Below are positions 48,753-58,356 of a stretch of DNA of 64,000 bases, in pieces. The DNA is from Limnochordia bacterium (lineage in GTDB: Bacteria > Bacillota > Limnochordia > DTU080), in assembly GCA_050951545.1 (NCBI GenBank), contig JBMNJG010000003.1, positions 96,001-160,000 of the forward strand. The letters are read 5' to 3'. The translations under genes and the position numbers were made by a program. The notes beneath the pieces were generated by a model, which was not told where the DNA came from, made no database searches, and saw only the letters and a program-made list of their open reading frames with translations. The first letter of the stretch is position 1. The number at the start of each line of letters is the position of its first letter.

Positions 48753-49556
48753 TCATATGCCGACATACGCCATGAGCAGAACCAGCGCTCCGACAACCCA
48801 CGTGTAATAGGCGAAGACGCGCAAGCGCCCTTGCCGAATGAAGCGCTGCAACATGGCGATCGCCAGATAGCCTGTAACGGCAGATGTCAGTACCCCAGCG
48901 GCAAGCACAGACGGTGAAGGTCCCGTTCCTGCCTTAAGGGTAGCTGGCAGTTCGAGGACCGCTGCCCCCAGAATGACCGGAATAGCCAGAAGAAAAGAGA
49001 ACCTAGCAGCGTCCTCACCAACGACTCCTCGCGCAAGGCCTGCACTAATCGTGGTTCCGGACCGCGACAAACCTGGCATCACCGCTAGCGCTTGACCGCA
49101 GCCAATAACGAACGCATCTGAGGTTCGAAAAGACCTCAGTCGCCGAGCATCCGTCTTGGCCCGCTCTGACGCAAACAGAAGCGTTCCAGTGACGAGAAGC
49201 ATTACGCCTGTGACAGCGATCGATGAGAAGAAACCTGTGATAATGTCGCTGAACAGCAGCCCTACCACAACCGCCGGGACTGTACCTATGACGAGCAGCC
49301 AGATCAGCCGCCGACCACTTCTGGCCTGCGGATCGTGCCCTGGTCTAAGACCAGCTAGCACAAGCGCGACATCGTCACGTAGTGCGATCAGTACCGCAAG
49401 CAAAGTGCCCATGTGAACCGCAATGTCAAAGGCAAGTACGCCCTCTGAGATGCCGAACAGGTGCTGTGCTATCACTAGATGCCCCGAACTCGACACAGGC
49501 AGAAACTCAGTAAGTCCCTGCACAACACCCAGCACTAGCGCGTGGAATAGGCTCAA
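48753..49556 (-). CDS. uppP: undecaprenyl-diphosphate phosphatase
   Basis: QGLTEFLPVSSSGHL, PGLSRSGTT, FSFLLAIP. Confidence 0.96.
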   Translation of the reverse strand: MSLFHALVLGVVQGLTEFLPVSSSGHLVIAQHLFGISEGVLAFDIAVHMGTLLAVLIALRDDVALVLAGLRPGHDPQARSGRRLIWLLVIGTVPAVVVGLLFSDIITGFFSSIAVTGVMLLVTGTLLFASERAKTDARRLRSFRTSDAFVIGCGQALAVMPGLSRSGTTISAGLARGVVGEDAARFSFLLAIPVILGAAVLELPATLKAGTGPSPSVLAAGVLTSAVTGYLAIAMLQRFIRQGRLRVFAYYTWVVGALVLLMAYVGI

Positions 49557-49657
49557 CGCTATACCCCTCCGACCAGTCCATGTTGCTCCGCTCTCTTAGT
49601 TTTCCTCTTTGCCCCTGATGTTCCTGCCATGCGGAAGGGGTAACCAACAAAACGCAA

Positions 49658-49680
49658 GAAGAGCAGCAAGGCTGCTCTTC
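49658..49680. terminator. terminator after ypeB
   Basis: GAAGAGCAGC-AAG-GCTGCTCTTC. Confidence 0.75.
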
Positions 49681-49704
49681 TCCCCAATCAGCACCCCCAA
49701 CCTG

Positions 49705-51087
49705 CTAGATAGCCTGGGGGCCCTCAGGTGTGTCGACAATCTGAAGAATCCTTATTAGCTCACCGGAGAGAGCATCAACGTAGTTTGCATAGGTCTGATC
49801 ACCGATCTGGCCCTTGACCTCATAGGTAAGTACCTCTTCCAGCGTTTCTAGCGGGATCAACGCCAGATGAGGCTCACCGATCAAGTTCAGCTCGGGGCTG
49901 ACGCTCTTCAGGGCCTCTTTAGCAGTAACCTTTGGCTTGGCCAGACTGCGCTCGTGATGGTTCATGATATAGCCTACGGCTTCGAAACCTGCGATGTCGC
50001 CACTATCCAAGGCGACTGTCACCTTGATCAGGTCTGGATAGATGATGACGCCCTCTTGCACAGGTGCGAAGGGGATGACAGCCCAGCCATCTGCCTTGTT
50101 GGCATAGGTGGGCACGATGTGCTGGAAACCCATGGCCACAAGGAAATCCTTCGCTTTGCGCCCTGCCTCCTCCAAAGTGAGTGTGGGTCTCTGAACCTGC
50201 CTGGGATTGAGCATCCAGATCACATGGCCACCTGTACGCGTGATGTCTAGACGGGCGATCTCCTGGCCTTGGCCTACCCGCCGTATGCGCATCTGATAGG
50301 CAGGGAGTGGTCCATCAACCTTTCCTATTACCTCGGATACGAAGCGCTCCTTCGTCGCCTTCTCCATGAAACTCACAGCAATCTCATCTGCCTTCGTCTC
50401 GGACACAGGAGACCCAGTCAGGCCTTTAGGTTTTTGCTGCACCACATGGTCGGAAAAGGGTCCATCGTAGATGATCGTGGGGAATTCAGCCGCCTGCTTC
50501 TCAAGACGGGCAAACTGGTCCTCATCAACTTGCTTCGACCGTTGCGAGAGACGCGTATTCGTCTTCTGCCGCAGGTCAGACCAGGGCATAGTCCCACGTG
50601 CAGCGCTGACCTGTGCTTGTTGCATCGCCTCATTTATGACGGCTGCGTCGCGACGAAACTCCTCCAGTTTGGCCAATTCCTCTGTATCGACTGACTCTCC
50701 CGCACCGATCTTGCGGGCGAGCATGTAGCCGAAGTCGCCAACCTGCGTAAGGTACTTCCCTGTGCGCATCAGCGTCCCCTGGAGAAGAGGTAGTTGCGTC
50801 AGGTTCGCCTGAGCGGCAAACGCTTGGCGCCACAGGTCCGAGAGTAGAGTCACTGACAATTCATTGCTCCGTTTGGCCGGGGCCAGGGCCACTACCGCCT
50901 TACCAAGCAACACCTCAATGTTCTCCACATGAGCAACCGCCTCAAAGAAGCGTTCTTGGTAGCCCGCTGCCAGCTGACGCTCTGACGCCCTGCGAGCGCT
51001 AAACTGTGAGACACCCCAGGCCACGGTCAACACCAGCACAACCCCTGCTACCGCTGCCGCAATCCGCCCGTATCGCTCCACGATCAT
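49705..51087 (-). CDS. ypeB: germination protein YpeB
   Basis: YLTQVGDF, PTIIYDGPFSDH, YPDLIKVTVALDSG; directly downstream of sleB. Confidence 0.93.
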   Translation of the reverse strand: MIVERYGRIAAAVAGVVLVLTVAWGVSQFSARRASERQLAAGYQERFFEAVAHVENIEVLLGKAVVALAPAKRSNELSVTLLSDLWRQAFAAQANLTQLPLLQGTLMRTGKYLTQVGDFGYMLARKIGAGESVDTEELAKLEEFRRDAAVINEAMQQAQVSAARGTMPWSDLRQKTNTRLSQRSKQVDEDQFARLEKQAAEFPTIIYDGPFSDHVVQQKPKGLTGSPVSETKADEIAVSFMEKATKERFVSEVIGKVDGPLPAYQMRIRRVGQGQEIARLDITRTGGHVIWMLNPRQVQRPTLTLEEAGRKAKDFLVAMGFQHIVPTYANKADGWAVIPFAPVQEGVIIYPDLIKVTVALDSGDIAGFEAVGYIMNHHERSLAKPKVTAKEALKSVSPELNLIGEPHLALIPLETLEEVLTYEVKGQIGDQTYANYVDALSGELIRILQIVDTPEGPQAI

Positions 51088-51103
51088 CGCACCCTTCTTC
51101 CGA

Positions 51104-51628
51104 TTAGCGGGCAAATACATGTTGTCCGATGCGCAGGACAATCTGACGAGACCAGATCCACGGACTCACTGGCTTGCTCGGGTTCCAGAAAAAAGTAGCT
51201 CCGTAGGTGGGGTCCCAACCATTCATTGCCTGTCTGGAAGCTGATACCGCTGTCACATCCGGTGTTCTATGCCAGATGAGGCCGTTGGAGACCGATTCAA
51301 AAGCGTGTGGTTGGTATATCACACCACTGAGGGAATTTGGAAAAGACGGATGACGTACGCGATTGAGGATCACTGCGGCCACACCCACCTGACCCGTGTA
51401 TGGCTCTCCCTGAGCCTCTGCAGCCACAACCCGAGCCAGCAGATTGACATCCCAACCCGTCGTAGACTGTGCCTCGATCGGCGCGGGTCGAACCCCAAGC
51501 ATGTGCCCGCCGATAACTGCCGTAACACTAATGACCAGCAACACAACGATCAGCCTCGGTAATCCGTGTCGCACGTTACGCACCGGGTTGTCAACCCCTA
51601 AGAACCAGTATGTGTATCGGAGTACCAT
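51104..51628 (-). CDS. sleB: spore cortex-lytic enzyme SleB (catalytic domain only)
   Basis: LLARVVAAEAQGEPYTGQVGVAAVILNRV, GWDPTYGATFFWNP; true start probably GTG ~51583. Confidence 0.88.
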   Translation of the reverse strand: MVLRYTYWFLGVDNPVRNVRHGLPRLIVVLLVISVTAVIGGHMLGVRPAPIEAQSTTGWDVNLLARVVAAEAQGEPYTGQVGVAAVILNRVRHPSFPNSLSGVIYQPHAFESVSNGLIWHRTPDVTAVSASRQAMNGWDPTYGATFFWNPSKPVSPWIWSRQIVLRIGQHVFAR

Positions 51629-51635
51629 CCGCCCC

Positions 51636-51664
51636 TATTCTGCCCGTAGTTTTCACCCCTATAC
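51636..51664 (-). promoter_or_regulatory. sigma-G-like promoter of sleB-ypeB
   Basis: GTATA-17 bp-CAGAATA. Confidence 0.55.
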
Positions 51665-51679
51665 GAGACTAGGAACCGC

Positions 51680-51708
51680 GCACCAATCCACTAGTACCCC
51701 CATACTAT
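51680..51708 (+). promoter_or_regulatory. sigma-K-like promoter
   Basis: GCACC-16 bp-CATACTAT. Confidence 0.6.
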
Positions 51709-51785
51709 GTAGCAGCTCGTGAGCAAACCGTGCCGTGAGGACTTCCCGCGGCAGAGGCTTTGCACGAAGGAGGGAGAAGACCCCC

Positions 51786-52427
51786 ATGGCAAGAAGCAGC
51801 AGCCTTAATCTCAGCTATTGGCAACAGCAGCGTACAGAGAGTCTGCCACCCATTGCAGGGGCCGAGGGCGAAGATTACCGTCCGGAGTGCATCATGGCAG
51901 AGAAGGTGTACGACGAATGCACGGTATGTGAGTGTCCGACAGTTCGCTTCGCTGACCTGTGCCCCGAACCGGCCAACGTAGTTGCCTGCGACGTAATGGA
52001 AGTGCGTGTAGTATCGCCGGGGATTCCGCGCGACGGCGAAGTCGAGTTCACCTTGGAGTGGGTGCAGGAGATACTCTATACCGACTCCGAGGGCGTAGAT
52101 CACACCGCTCGGAGGACGTTTAAGTTTCGCAAGCGCATCCGGATGCGCGGCGCCCGTCAGGGCATGAAGCTGCAGTTCTTCCACCTCGTACGCTGCCTCA
52201 ACTGTCGGGTGCGTGAGATCGAAGAGACTCGAGGTATCGTGGAGTGCGAAGTTGGGATCTTCATGGTCATCAAGGTCACGTTCATGGTGCAGCTGGAAAT
52301 CGAGAGGGCTCGTTTCTGTCCGCAACCGCCCGAATGTGTGCAAGTGTCACCGATTGGCTGTCCCGAGTGGGCCGATCTTTGCGAACGCGGGGAGTTCTGG
52401 CCGCCGTTCCCGCCCCAACTGGATTAG
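51786..52427 (+). CDS. cysteine-rich putative spore coat/exosporium protein
   Basis: CI.AEKVYDEC N-terminal motif, 13 Cys in 213 aa, PPFPPQ C-terminus, sigma-K-like promoter. Confidence 0.7.
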   Translation: MARSSSLNLSYWQQQRTESLPPIAGAEGEDYRPECIMAEKVYDECTVCECPTVRFADLCPEPANVVACDVMEVRVVSPGIPRDGEVEFTLEWVQEILYTDSEGVDHTARRTFKFRKRIRMRGARQGMKLQFFHLVRCLNCRVREIEETRGIVECEVGIFMVIKVTFMVQLEIERARFCPQPPECVQVSPIGCPEWADLCERGEFWPPFPPQLD

Positions 52428-52438
52428 CCAACCACATG

Positions 52439-52470
52439 AGGAAGGCCCTGCCTTGGCAGGGCCTTCTCCT
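52439..52470. terminator. bidirectional terminator
   Basis: GAAGGCCCTGCC-TT-GGCAGGGCCTTC between convergent genes. Confidence 0.8.
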
Positions 52471-53092
52471 ACCGAGGTTTCATAAACATCTGCGATTCGT
52501 ACACGCGATTGCCTTTCGCATACACCCCTACACCAATTTCGGTGTAGCCAGCAGATAGGATGTTGTCGCGATGGTCCTTACTCTCCATAAAGGCGTCATG
52601 GGCTATTGTGACCGATGATGCCCGGGCAATGTTCTCACCCCACCACTTGAAGGAGAGCCCAGCGGCCTGCATCATCTCGGTGGGCGAGCCATAGGTAGGA
52701 GAGATATGGCTGAAATAGCCATTTTCTGCCATGTCTTTCGCCTTTAAGCGAGCCAGTCTAACCAGAGTATCGTTCACCTTAAGTTCATGGATGCCTCTGG
52801 CCTTGCGTTCGGCATTGACCTTCGCCACAGCCAGGTTCTCCGCACTGGTCAGATCTCCATTCTGTACCGGGGGTTTCACCGGATCGGGTACTGGCTTGGG
52901 ATCAACAGGTTTGGGGCTGGGTTTGGGCTTGTACCAACCCCAGTCGATGTTCCAGCTCGGGCGACTGCCAGAACCCGTGTCAAAGGTGCTAAAGCCGTAA
53001 CTGAAAGATGCTGCCTCACTGAGTGTGGCTACCCCCACCAAGATAACAAGGGCCAACGTCATCCATCCACTTTTTCTCGCGATCAAGATCAA
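52469..53092 (-). CDS. secreted CAP/SCP domain protein (YkwD-like)
   Basis: Signal peptide, Pro-rich linker, VNAERKARG, YFSHISPTYGSP, GENIA, HRDNIL. Confidence 0.9.
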   Translation of the reverse strand: MILIARKSGWMTLALVILVGVATLSEAASFSYGFSTFDTGSGSRPSWNIDWGWYKPKPSPKPVDPKPVPDPVKPPVQNGDLTSAENLAVAKVNAERKARGIHELKVNDTLVRLARLKAKDMAENGYFSHISPTYGSPTEMMQAAGLSFKWWGENIARASSVTIAHDAFMESKDHRDNILSAGYTEIGVGVYAKGNRVYESQMFMKPR

Positions 53093-53282
53093 GAACCTCC
53101 TCAGACGGCAGATATTAACTGCACTTCACACCGCTCGAGGAATTCTATGTAAGAACCGAAGGCACCTCCAGCTGGCATTTTGGTAAAATATGCCCTGTAC
53201 GGCCAGATCGTGGTCATCCCAGAGCATGACGGTTCACTCGGAAGCATAGATATCAAAGGGTATATATGACGTCAGGAGGAAG

Positions 53283-54362
53283 GTGCACACCATGCAACAA
53301 CCAGTGTCGGGCTCGGGGTGGTGCGAACGTCTTGAGCTTGTACTGGAAGGCGGCGGGAAGTTGCCTGGTGCTATTCGGATAGTAGATATCCGCGACAAAG
53401 TGCTTGCCTGCACTGCCGACCGCGAGGATGACAAGGCCTTGGTACGCGGGCAGCTACAGGTCTTCGTATACTACAACATTGACGGCTGCGACCGGGTGCA
53501 AGGTCAGGGTGCGGAGATCCCCTGGCATTTTGAAGTGCCTATCCCTCCAGCCGTAGAAGGAGCGCTAGAGGCACGCGTAGTGGAGGTAAGACATGATCAT
53601 TCCTATGATCCCAAAAGCGAACAGCTACGCCACACTATGCATGTGGCCTTTGAAGTCTGGAATATCGACGCCCAACCCGCCGAGCAACCCGTCTGTCATT
53701 CAGCGTGCGATGGGGCAGCCTCGAGTGATGCCATAAAACCTATTGGAGCGCCTTTGTTTGAGCCAGAGCCGGCTGCTAATGCACTGGAACTGGAGCTATC
53801 CGAAACCAGTGATTCGCCAGATTCTGAGGCTGTGCTGACTGACCCTGACAGTGAGGACATTATCGAACCTCACCCAAGTGACAGTGACGAGCAATCAGTT
53901 CCTGCGGGGAGCACAACCCGCGATGATCCGTCTGAGATGCCTTGCCTGGATCACGAGTTATCCTTGGAAACCTCGGATTCATCGGTCACGCCTGAGCAGC
54001 ACGAACTGCAGCCAACGGATGTCGTCATAGCGGACACCGTCATGAGCGAGCGTCTTGACGACCTGGAAAACCAACTGCACCAGATGAGAAGCGAGTTCAT
54101 CGCCTTGCGCAAGGAGCTAGAGAGTCTGCGGGAGTGGGCCAAGGTAGAGACCATGGTTGAGACTAGTGTGGAGTGTGCAAAAGAGCTAGCGCCTGTGGTT
54201 GAAGAGCTAGCGCCTGTGGTTGAAGAGCTAGCGCCTGTGGTTGAAGAGCTAACGCCTGTGGTTGAAGAGCTAACGCCTGTGGTTGAAGAGCTAACGCCCC
54301 AACCTGCGAAACCGAAACCAGAGCGTGAGGTTCTTGTCTGGCGCCCCTTCCCGAGGATCTAG
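53283..54362 (+). CDS. hypothetical spore coat morphogenetic-like protein (SpoVID/SPOCS-like N-terminus, acidic linker)
   Basis: Beta-rich N-terminal domain (VRGQLQVFVYY), acidic low-complexity middle, sigma-E-like CATAGAT upstream. Confidence 0.55.
   Translation: MHTMQQPVSGSGWCERLELVLEGGGKLPGAIRIVDIRDKVLACTADREDDKALVRGQLQVFVYYNIDGCDRVQGQGAEIPWHFEVPIPPAVEGALEARVVEVRHDHSYDPKSEQLRHTMHVAFEVWNIDAQPAEQPVCHSACDGAASSDAIKPIGAPLFEPEPAANALELELSETSDSPDSEAVLTDPDSEDIIEPHPSDSDEQSVPAGSTTRDDPSEMPCLDHELSLETSDSSVTPEQHELQPTDVVIADTVMSERLDDLENQLHQMRSEFIALRKELESLREWAKVETMVETSVECAKELAPVVEELAPVVEELAPVVEELTPVVEELTPVVEELTPQPAKPKPEREVLVWRPFPRI
54181..54299 (+). repeat. 21-bp in-frame tandem repeat, ~5.7 copies (EL[A/T]PVVE)
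   Basis: AAGAGCTA[G/A]CGCCTGTGGTTG units at 54181, 54202, 54223, 54244, 54265 and 54286. Confidence 0.95.
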
Positions 54363-54368
54363 GACTGA

Positions 54369-54617
54369 TCAAGGCTCTGCGTCATCATCAATGCGTTCGC
54401 TCAGATCATGGGCCGTTAGGCTTACGGTGCTCCCAGGCTGCCAGCGAGGATCAAGGTAGTCTTGTGGATCCGTAGAGAAAATCCTGAGCAGACGAGCATA
54501 CGGCGCCTCCACTGGCTCTACCTCCATAAGCAGTCCTCCCCTGAAGATTGTGATGAATCGACGTTCAGCATGGAACCCGTCGAGTAGCAGCTCGTCCGGA
54601 ACAATCGTGTAAAACAC
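54369..54617 (-). CDS. YlzJ-like protein
   Basis: FYTIVP, RIFSTDPQDYLDPRWQPG; downstream of tepA. Confidence 0.88.
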   Translation of the reverse strand: MFYTIVPDELLLDGFHAERRFITIFRGGLLMEVEPVEAPYARLLRIFSTDPQDYLDPRWQPGSTVSLTAHDLSERIDDDAEP

Positions 54618-54646
54618 GTTATCAGCACCCTTTCACTGCTGGCTCG

Positions 54647-55369
54647 TCACGACCACGGAAATCCGGTGGCCCTCATGGTGAAAGACGCCTCACGACTTCG
54701 GATCAGCTCCTCCAGTTTGGCCATGGCGTGTGACAGACCTCCCAGCCCGTCGATCAAGCCTGCATTGACGGCTTCTTGTCCCACCAAGACGGTTCCTACG
54801 TCTCGCATCAGCTCACCAGTGCGAAACATCAGCTCGCGCAGGGTAGCTTCGCTCATCCGCGAGTTAGTGACGATGAAATTGATCACGCGATCCTGCATCT
54901 TGCTCAGGTATTCATAGGTCTGCGGCACACCGATTACCAGGCCGCTCAGTCGAATAGGATGGATAGTGATCGTAGCAGAACTAGCCACAAACGAGTAGTT
55001 GGCAGCGACAGCGATGGGGGCCCCAATAGAGTGTCCTCCACCAAGGACGAGAGACACAGAGGGCTTAGACAACGTTCTGATCATTTCAGCAATAGCTAGA
55101 CCCGCCTCGATGTCGCCGCCCACAGTGTTTAGGATCAATAGGACACCCTTGATCTTGGGGCTTTGCTCGATAGCTACCAGTTGAGGGATAATGTGCTCGT
55201 ACTTCGTGGTCTTGTTCTTCGGAGCCAGCAGCATGTGCCCTTCGATTTGCCCGATAATCGATAGGAGATGGATGCAAGACTCCATCCTGGGAGGAGGTTG
55301 TACTTGTCCGAATTGCTGCAAAAGGGCAGGGGTGGCAGATTGCTCCTGATTCTGGTCGTCGCACACCAC
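54647..55369 (-). CDS. tepA: translocation-enhancing protein TepA (ClpP family)
   Basis: [35 protein letters not shown]. Confidence 0.92.
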   Translation of the reverse strand: MVCDDQNQEQSATPALLQQFGQVQPPPRMESCIHLLSIIGQIEGHMLLAPKNKTTKYEHIIPQLVAIEQSPKIKGVLLILNTVGGDIEAGLAIAEMIRTLSKPSVSLVLGGGHSIGAPIAVAANYSFVASSATITIHPIRLSGLVIGVPQTYEYLSKMQDRVINFIVTNSRMSEATLRELMFRTGELMRDVGTVLVGQEAVNAGLIDGLGGLSHAMAKLEELIRSREASFTMRATGFPWS

Positions 55370-55462
55370 GCGTCATCCTCTCCGGATACGTATCAGGTGT
55401 TCCCCAGCCTAGTATCCTCGTCTGCTGCACGGTTCATGTCGGTAGGTGACTACTGTAAGTAC

Positions 55463-55496
55463 CAGAGGGGCCTGCAGTAAACTGCCGACCCCTCTG
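55463..55496. terminator. hairpin downstream of rnj
   Basis: CAGAGGGG...CCCCTCTG inverted repeat. Confidence 0.6.
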
Positions 55497-55553
55497 TACG
55501 CTACTCGTGTCTGGCCCACCGCCACAAGCTCAGGCAGCCATACACGAGGCCCA

Positions 55554-57218
55554 CTATGTTTCCATCACCACTGGCAGAATCATCGGCCTACGCCTAGTGC
55601 GCTCCCAGAAAAAACCGGAGAGTGTGTCTCGCACCTGGTTTTTCATCACATTCCATTCGCCTAGCACAGGCTCGCACGACTCCAGGGCCACCTTCACGCG
55701 TTGCTTGGCCTCCTCGAACAGTCTCTCTGACTCTCGTACGTAGACGAACCCCCGAGAGACAAACTCCGGTCCTGCTAGGATCTCACCGGTCTGCTTGTCA
55801 ATACTGACCACCACAACCAGAATGCCATCCTGAGCAAGCTGCTGTCGGTCACGCAGGACGACAGTACCTACATCGCCCACGCCAAGACCGTCAACCATCA
55901 CCGAGCCAGCCTCAACCTTGGCCGTCTTCTTGAAGCTCTTGGCAGAAATCTCCACCATGTCGCCAATCTCAGCGATCATCACGTGCTCTGGTGACAGACC
56001 AGCCTGCTCAGCCAACCGAGCGTGGTGCACCAGCATTCGGTACTCACCGTGGATCGGGATGAAATAGCGCGGCTTGATCAGGTTGATCATCAGCTTAAGC
56101 TCTTCTTGGCTGGCGTGACCTGACACATGGACCCCTGACACCGCGTGATAGATCACCTCGGCGCCCTGCCGGAACAGGTGGTTGATGGTCCGTCCAATCA
56201 GCCGTTCGTTGCCAGGAATGGGCGAAGCACTGATGATCACCGTATCACCTGGGACAATCTCAATGCGCCTATGTTCGGCCATCGCCATGCGTGTAAGAGC
56301 CGCCATGGGCTCCCCTTGGCTGCCAGTCGTGATGACCGCCAGCCTTTCTGGAGGGTAGTCCTCCATCTGTTCCACATCGATGATGAGCCCCTCCGGCACA
56401 TGAAGGTAACCTAGCCGAGAAGCGATGCCCACATTGTTCACCATGCTCCGACCCATCACGCAGACCTTACGGCCAAAGCGGGCACTGGCAGCCATCACCT
56501 GCTGAATGCGATGCACGTTCGAAGCAAAGGTAGCCACAAGAATCCGGCCCTGGGCGCGCCTAAAGGCATCCATGAAGGTCTCGCCGACGATCTTCTCAGA
56601 CAATGTATACCCAGGACGCTCCGCATTTGTGCTGTCCGAGAGCAAACAGAGCACCCCGTTGGCTCCTAGAGCTGCGAGCCGCTGAAGATCGGTCACCCTG
56701 CCATCAATTGGGGTGTGATCAAACTTGAAGTCTGTGGCATACACAATCGTGCCTGCCGGCGTATGCACTGCGATAGCTACAACATCGGCCAGACTATGAT
56801 TGACATGCACAAACTCGAGAGTCATTGCACCCAACTGCAGGGACTGTCCGGCCTGGACTTCATGCAACTCAGCGTTCTTGCCGAGCCCGTGTTCATCCAG
56901 TCTCCCTTTTACCAGCCCCAAAGTCAGTCTCGTCCCGTACACGGGAACATCGAGTTGCTGCAGAACGTAGGGCAATGCCCCTACGTGATCTTCGTGGCCA
57001 TGTGTCAGGACGATGGCTCGTACGCGATCACGATTCTCTACCAAATAGCTAATATCCGGGATGACGAGATCCACCCCGAGCATGTCCTCTTCAGGAAACA
57101 TGCCCCCGCAATCTAAGACAACGAGATCATCACCGTACCCAACTACCCACATATTCTTGCCTATCTCGCCCACTCCACCGAGTGGAACGAGAACAAGGCT
57201 ATCGCCTTTACTACTCAC
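55554..57218 (-). CDS. rnj: ribonuclease J
   Basis: LGGVGEIGKN, THGHEDHVG, TGSQGEP, HVSGHA. Confidence 0.97.
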   Translation of the reverse strand: MSSKGDSLVLVPLGGVGEIGKNMWVVGYGDDLVVLDCGGMFPEEDMLGVDLVIPDISYLVENRDRVRAIVLTHGHEDHVGALPYVLQQLDVPVYGTRLTLGLVKGRLDEHGLGKNAELHEVQAGQSLQLGAMTLEFVHVNHSLADVVAIAVHTPAGTIVYATDFKFDHTPIDGRVTDLQRLAALGANGVLCLLSDSTNAERPGYTLSEKIVGETFMDAFRRAQGRILVATFASNVHRIQQVMAASARFGRKVCVMGRSMVNNVGIASRLGYLHVPEGLIIDVEQMEDYPPERLAVITTGSQGEPMAALTRMAMAEHRRIEIVPGDTVIISASPIPGNERLIGRTINHLFRQGAEVIYHAVSGVHVSGHASQEELKLMINLIKPRYFIPIHGEYRMLVHHARLAEQAGLSPEHVMIAEIGDMVEISAKSFKKTAKVEAGSVMVDGLGVGDVGTVVLRDRQQLAQDGILVVVVSIDKQTGEILAGPEFVSRGFVYVRESERLFEEAKQRVKVALESCEPVLGEWNVMKNQVRDTLSGFFWERTRRRPMILPVVMET

Positions 57219-57367
57219 AAAAAAAACACCACCTCATTTGATGCGCACTTAGTCGTACCCACGGCGGTCCGGCCGACCAGCGCGCGTTGGTCCTCTTCTG
57301 GCTTCAGCGCACCCTCTACGAGAGATTATACATAAAGAACACGCTGAAGCCAGGAAATCTTGTTCCA

Positions 57368-58246
57368 TCAAGCCAGCAAGTCGAGGCCTCGCATAGCAGC
57401 AACTATCGTAGCCTGCTCAGATGCGCTAGGCGCCACGAGAGGCTGGCGCGTCGGCCCGCAGTCGATCCCAATCAGACTCATCGCCCACTTCACGGGGATG
57501 GGGTTGGTCGTGACAAACAGAGCCTTGAACAGAGGGCTGAGTCGATGATGTACCGCTGCTGCTTCCTTCACTCTTCCGGCCTGGAAATGCTCCACCATTG
57601 CCCCTATTTCATTGCCTGCGAGATGAGAAGCGACGCTTACTACCCCTACACCGCCAACTGAAAGGATGGGCAACGTCAAGCTGTCATCCCCAGAGTATAC
57701 CGCAAAGTCCTCCGGCACCTGGCCACATACAGCAGACACCTGATCCAGGTTGCCGCTGGCTTCCTTAACAGCCACAATACCAGGCACCTGTGCCAGTTTG
57801 GCGAGTGTCTCGGGAAGAAGATTTACCCCCGTCCGACCAGGAATGTTGTAGATCATGCAGGGCAGATCGACGCTATCAGCAATTGTCTTGAAATGCTCGT
57901 ACAGCCCCTGCTGCGGTGGCTTGTTATAGTAGGGCACCACTAGCAGAAGCCCGTCAACCCCAACGTCCTGTGCTCGCCGAGCCAGTTCAATGCTGTGCCG
58001 GGTGTCATTGCTACCCGTGCCCGCCATCACCTTAGCCCGCCCGTCTATGGCCTGGACGACTGTCGACATGAGGCTCAGTTTCTCATCATCAGAAAGCGTA
58101 GGCGATTCACCCGTTGTGCCACTGACCAATACGGTACTGGTTCCATTATCTACCAAATAGCGTGCTAGCTGCTCTGTTTTCGCCATATCCAGTGCTCCGT
58201 CTTTCCGCATCGGAGTCACCATCGCTGTTACCACAGAGCCAAACAA
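57368..58246 (-). CDS. dapA: 4-hydroxy-tetrahydrodipicolinate synthase
   Basis: GTTGESPTL, PYYNKP, YNIPGRT, VKEASG. Confidence 0.97.
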   Translation of the reverse strand: MFGSVVTAMVTPMRKDGALDMAKTEQLARYLVDNGTSTVLVSGTTGESPTLSDDEKLSLMSTVVQAIDGRAKVMAGTGSNDTRHSIELARRAQDVGVDGLLLVVPYYNKPPQQGLYEHFKTIADSVDLPCMIYNIPGRTGVNLLPETLAKLAQVPGIVAVKEASGNLDQVSAVCGQVPEDFAVYSGDDSLTLPILSVGGVGVVSVASHLAGNEIGAMVEHFQAGRVKEAAAVHHRLSPLFKALFVTTNPIPVKWAMSLIGIDCGPTRQPLVAPSASEQATIVAAMRGLDLLA

Positions 58247-58356
58247 GGCAATTCCTCCCTTGAAAACGGTCTGAACGTTACGACGAACACCTGCCGCAGC
58301 TGCCCCGACTGCCGCGAGTGGTTGGCCGCCGACACGCGTTCCTCTATCCCAGATGC

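Noticed and set aside
54181-54299. CRISPR-like short repeats
   Set aside because: Head-to-tail in-frame coding repeat with no spacers
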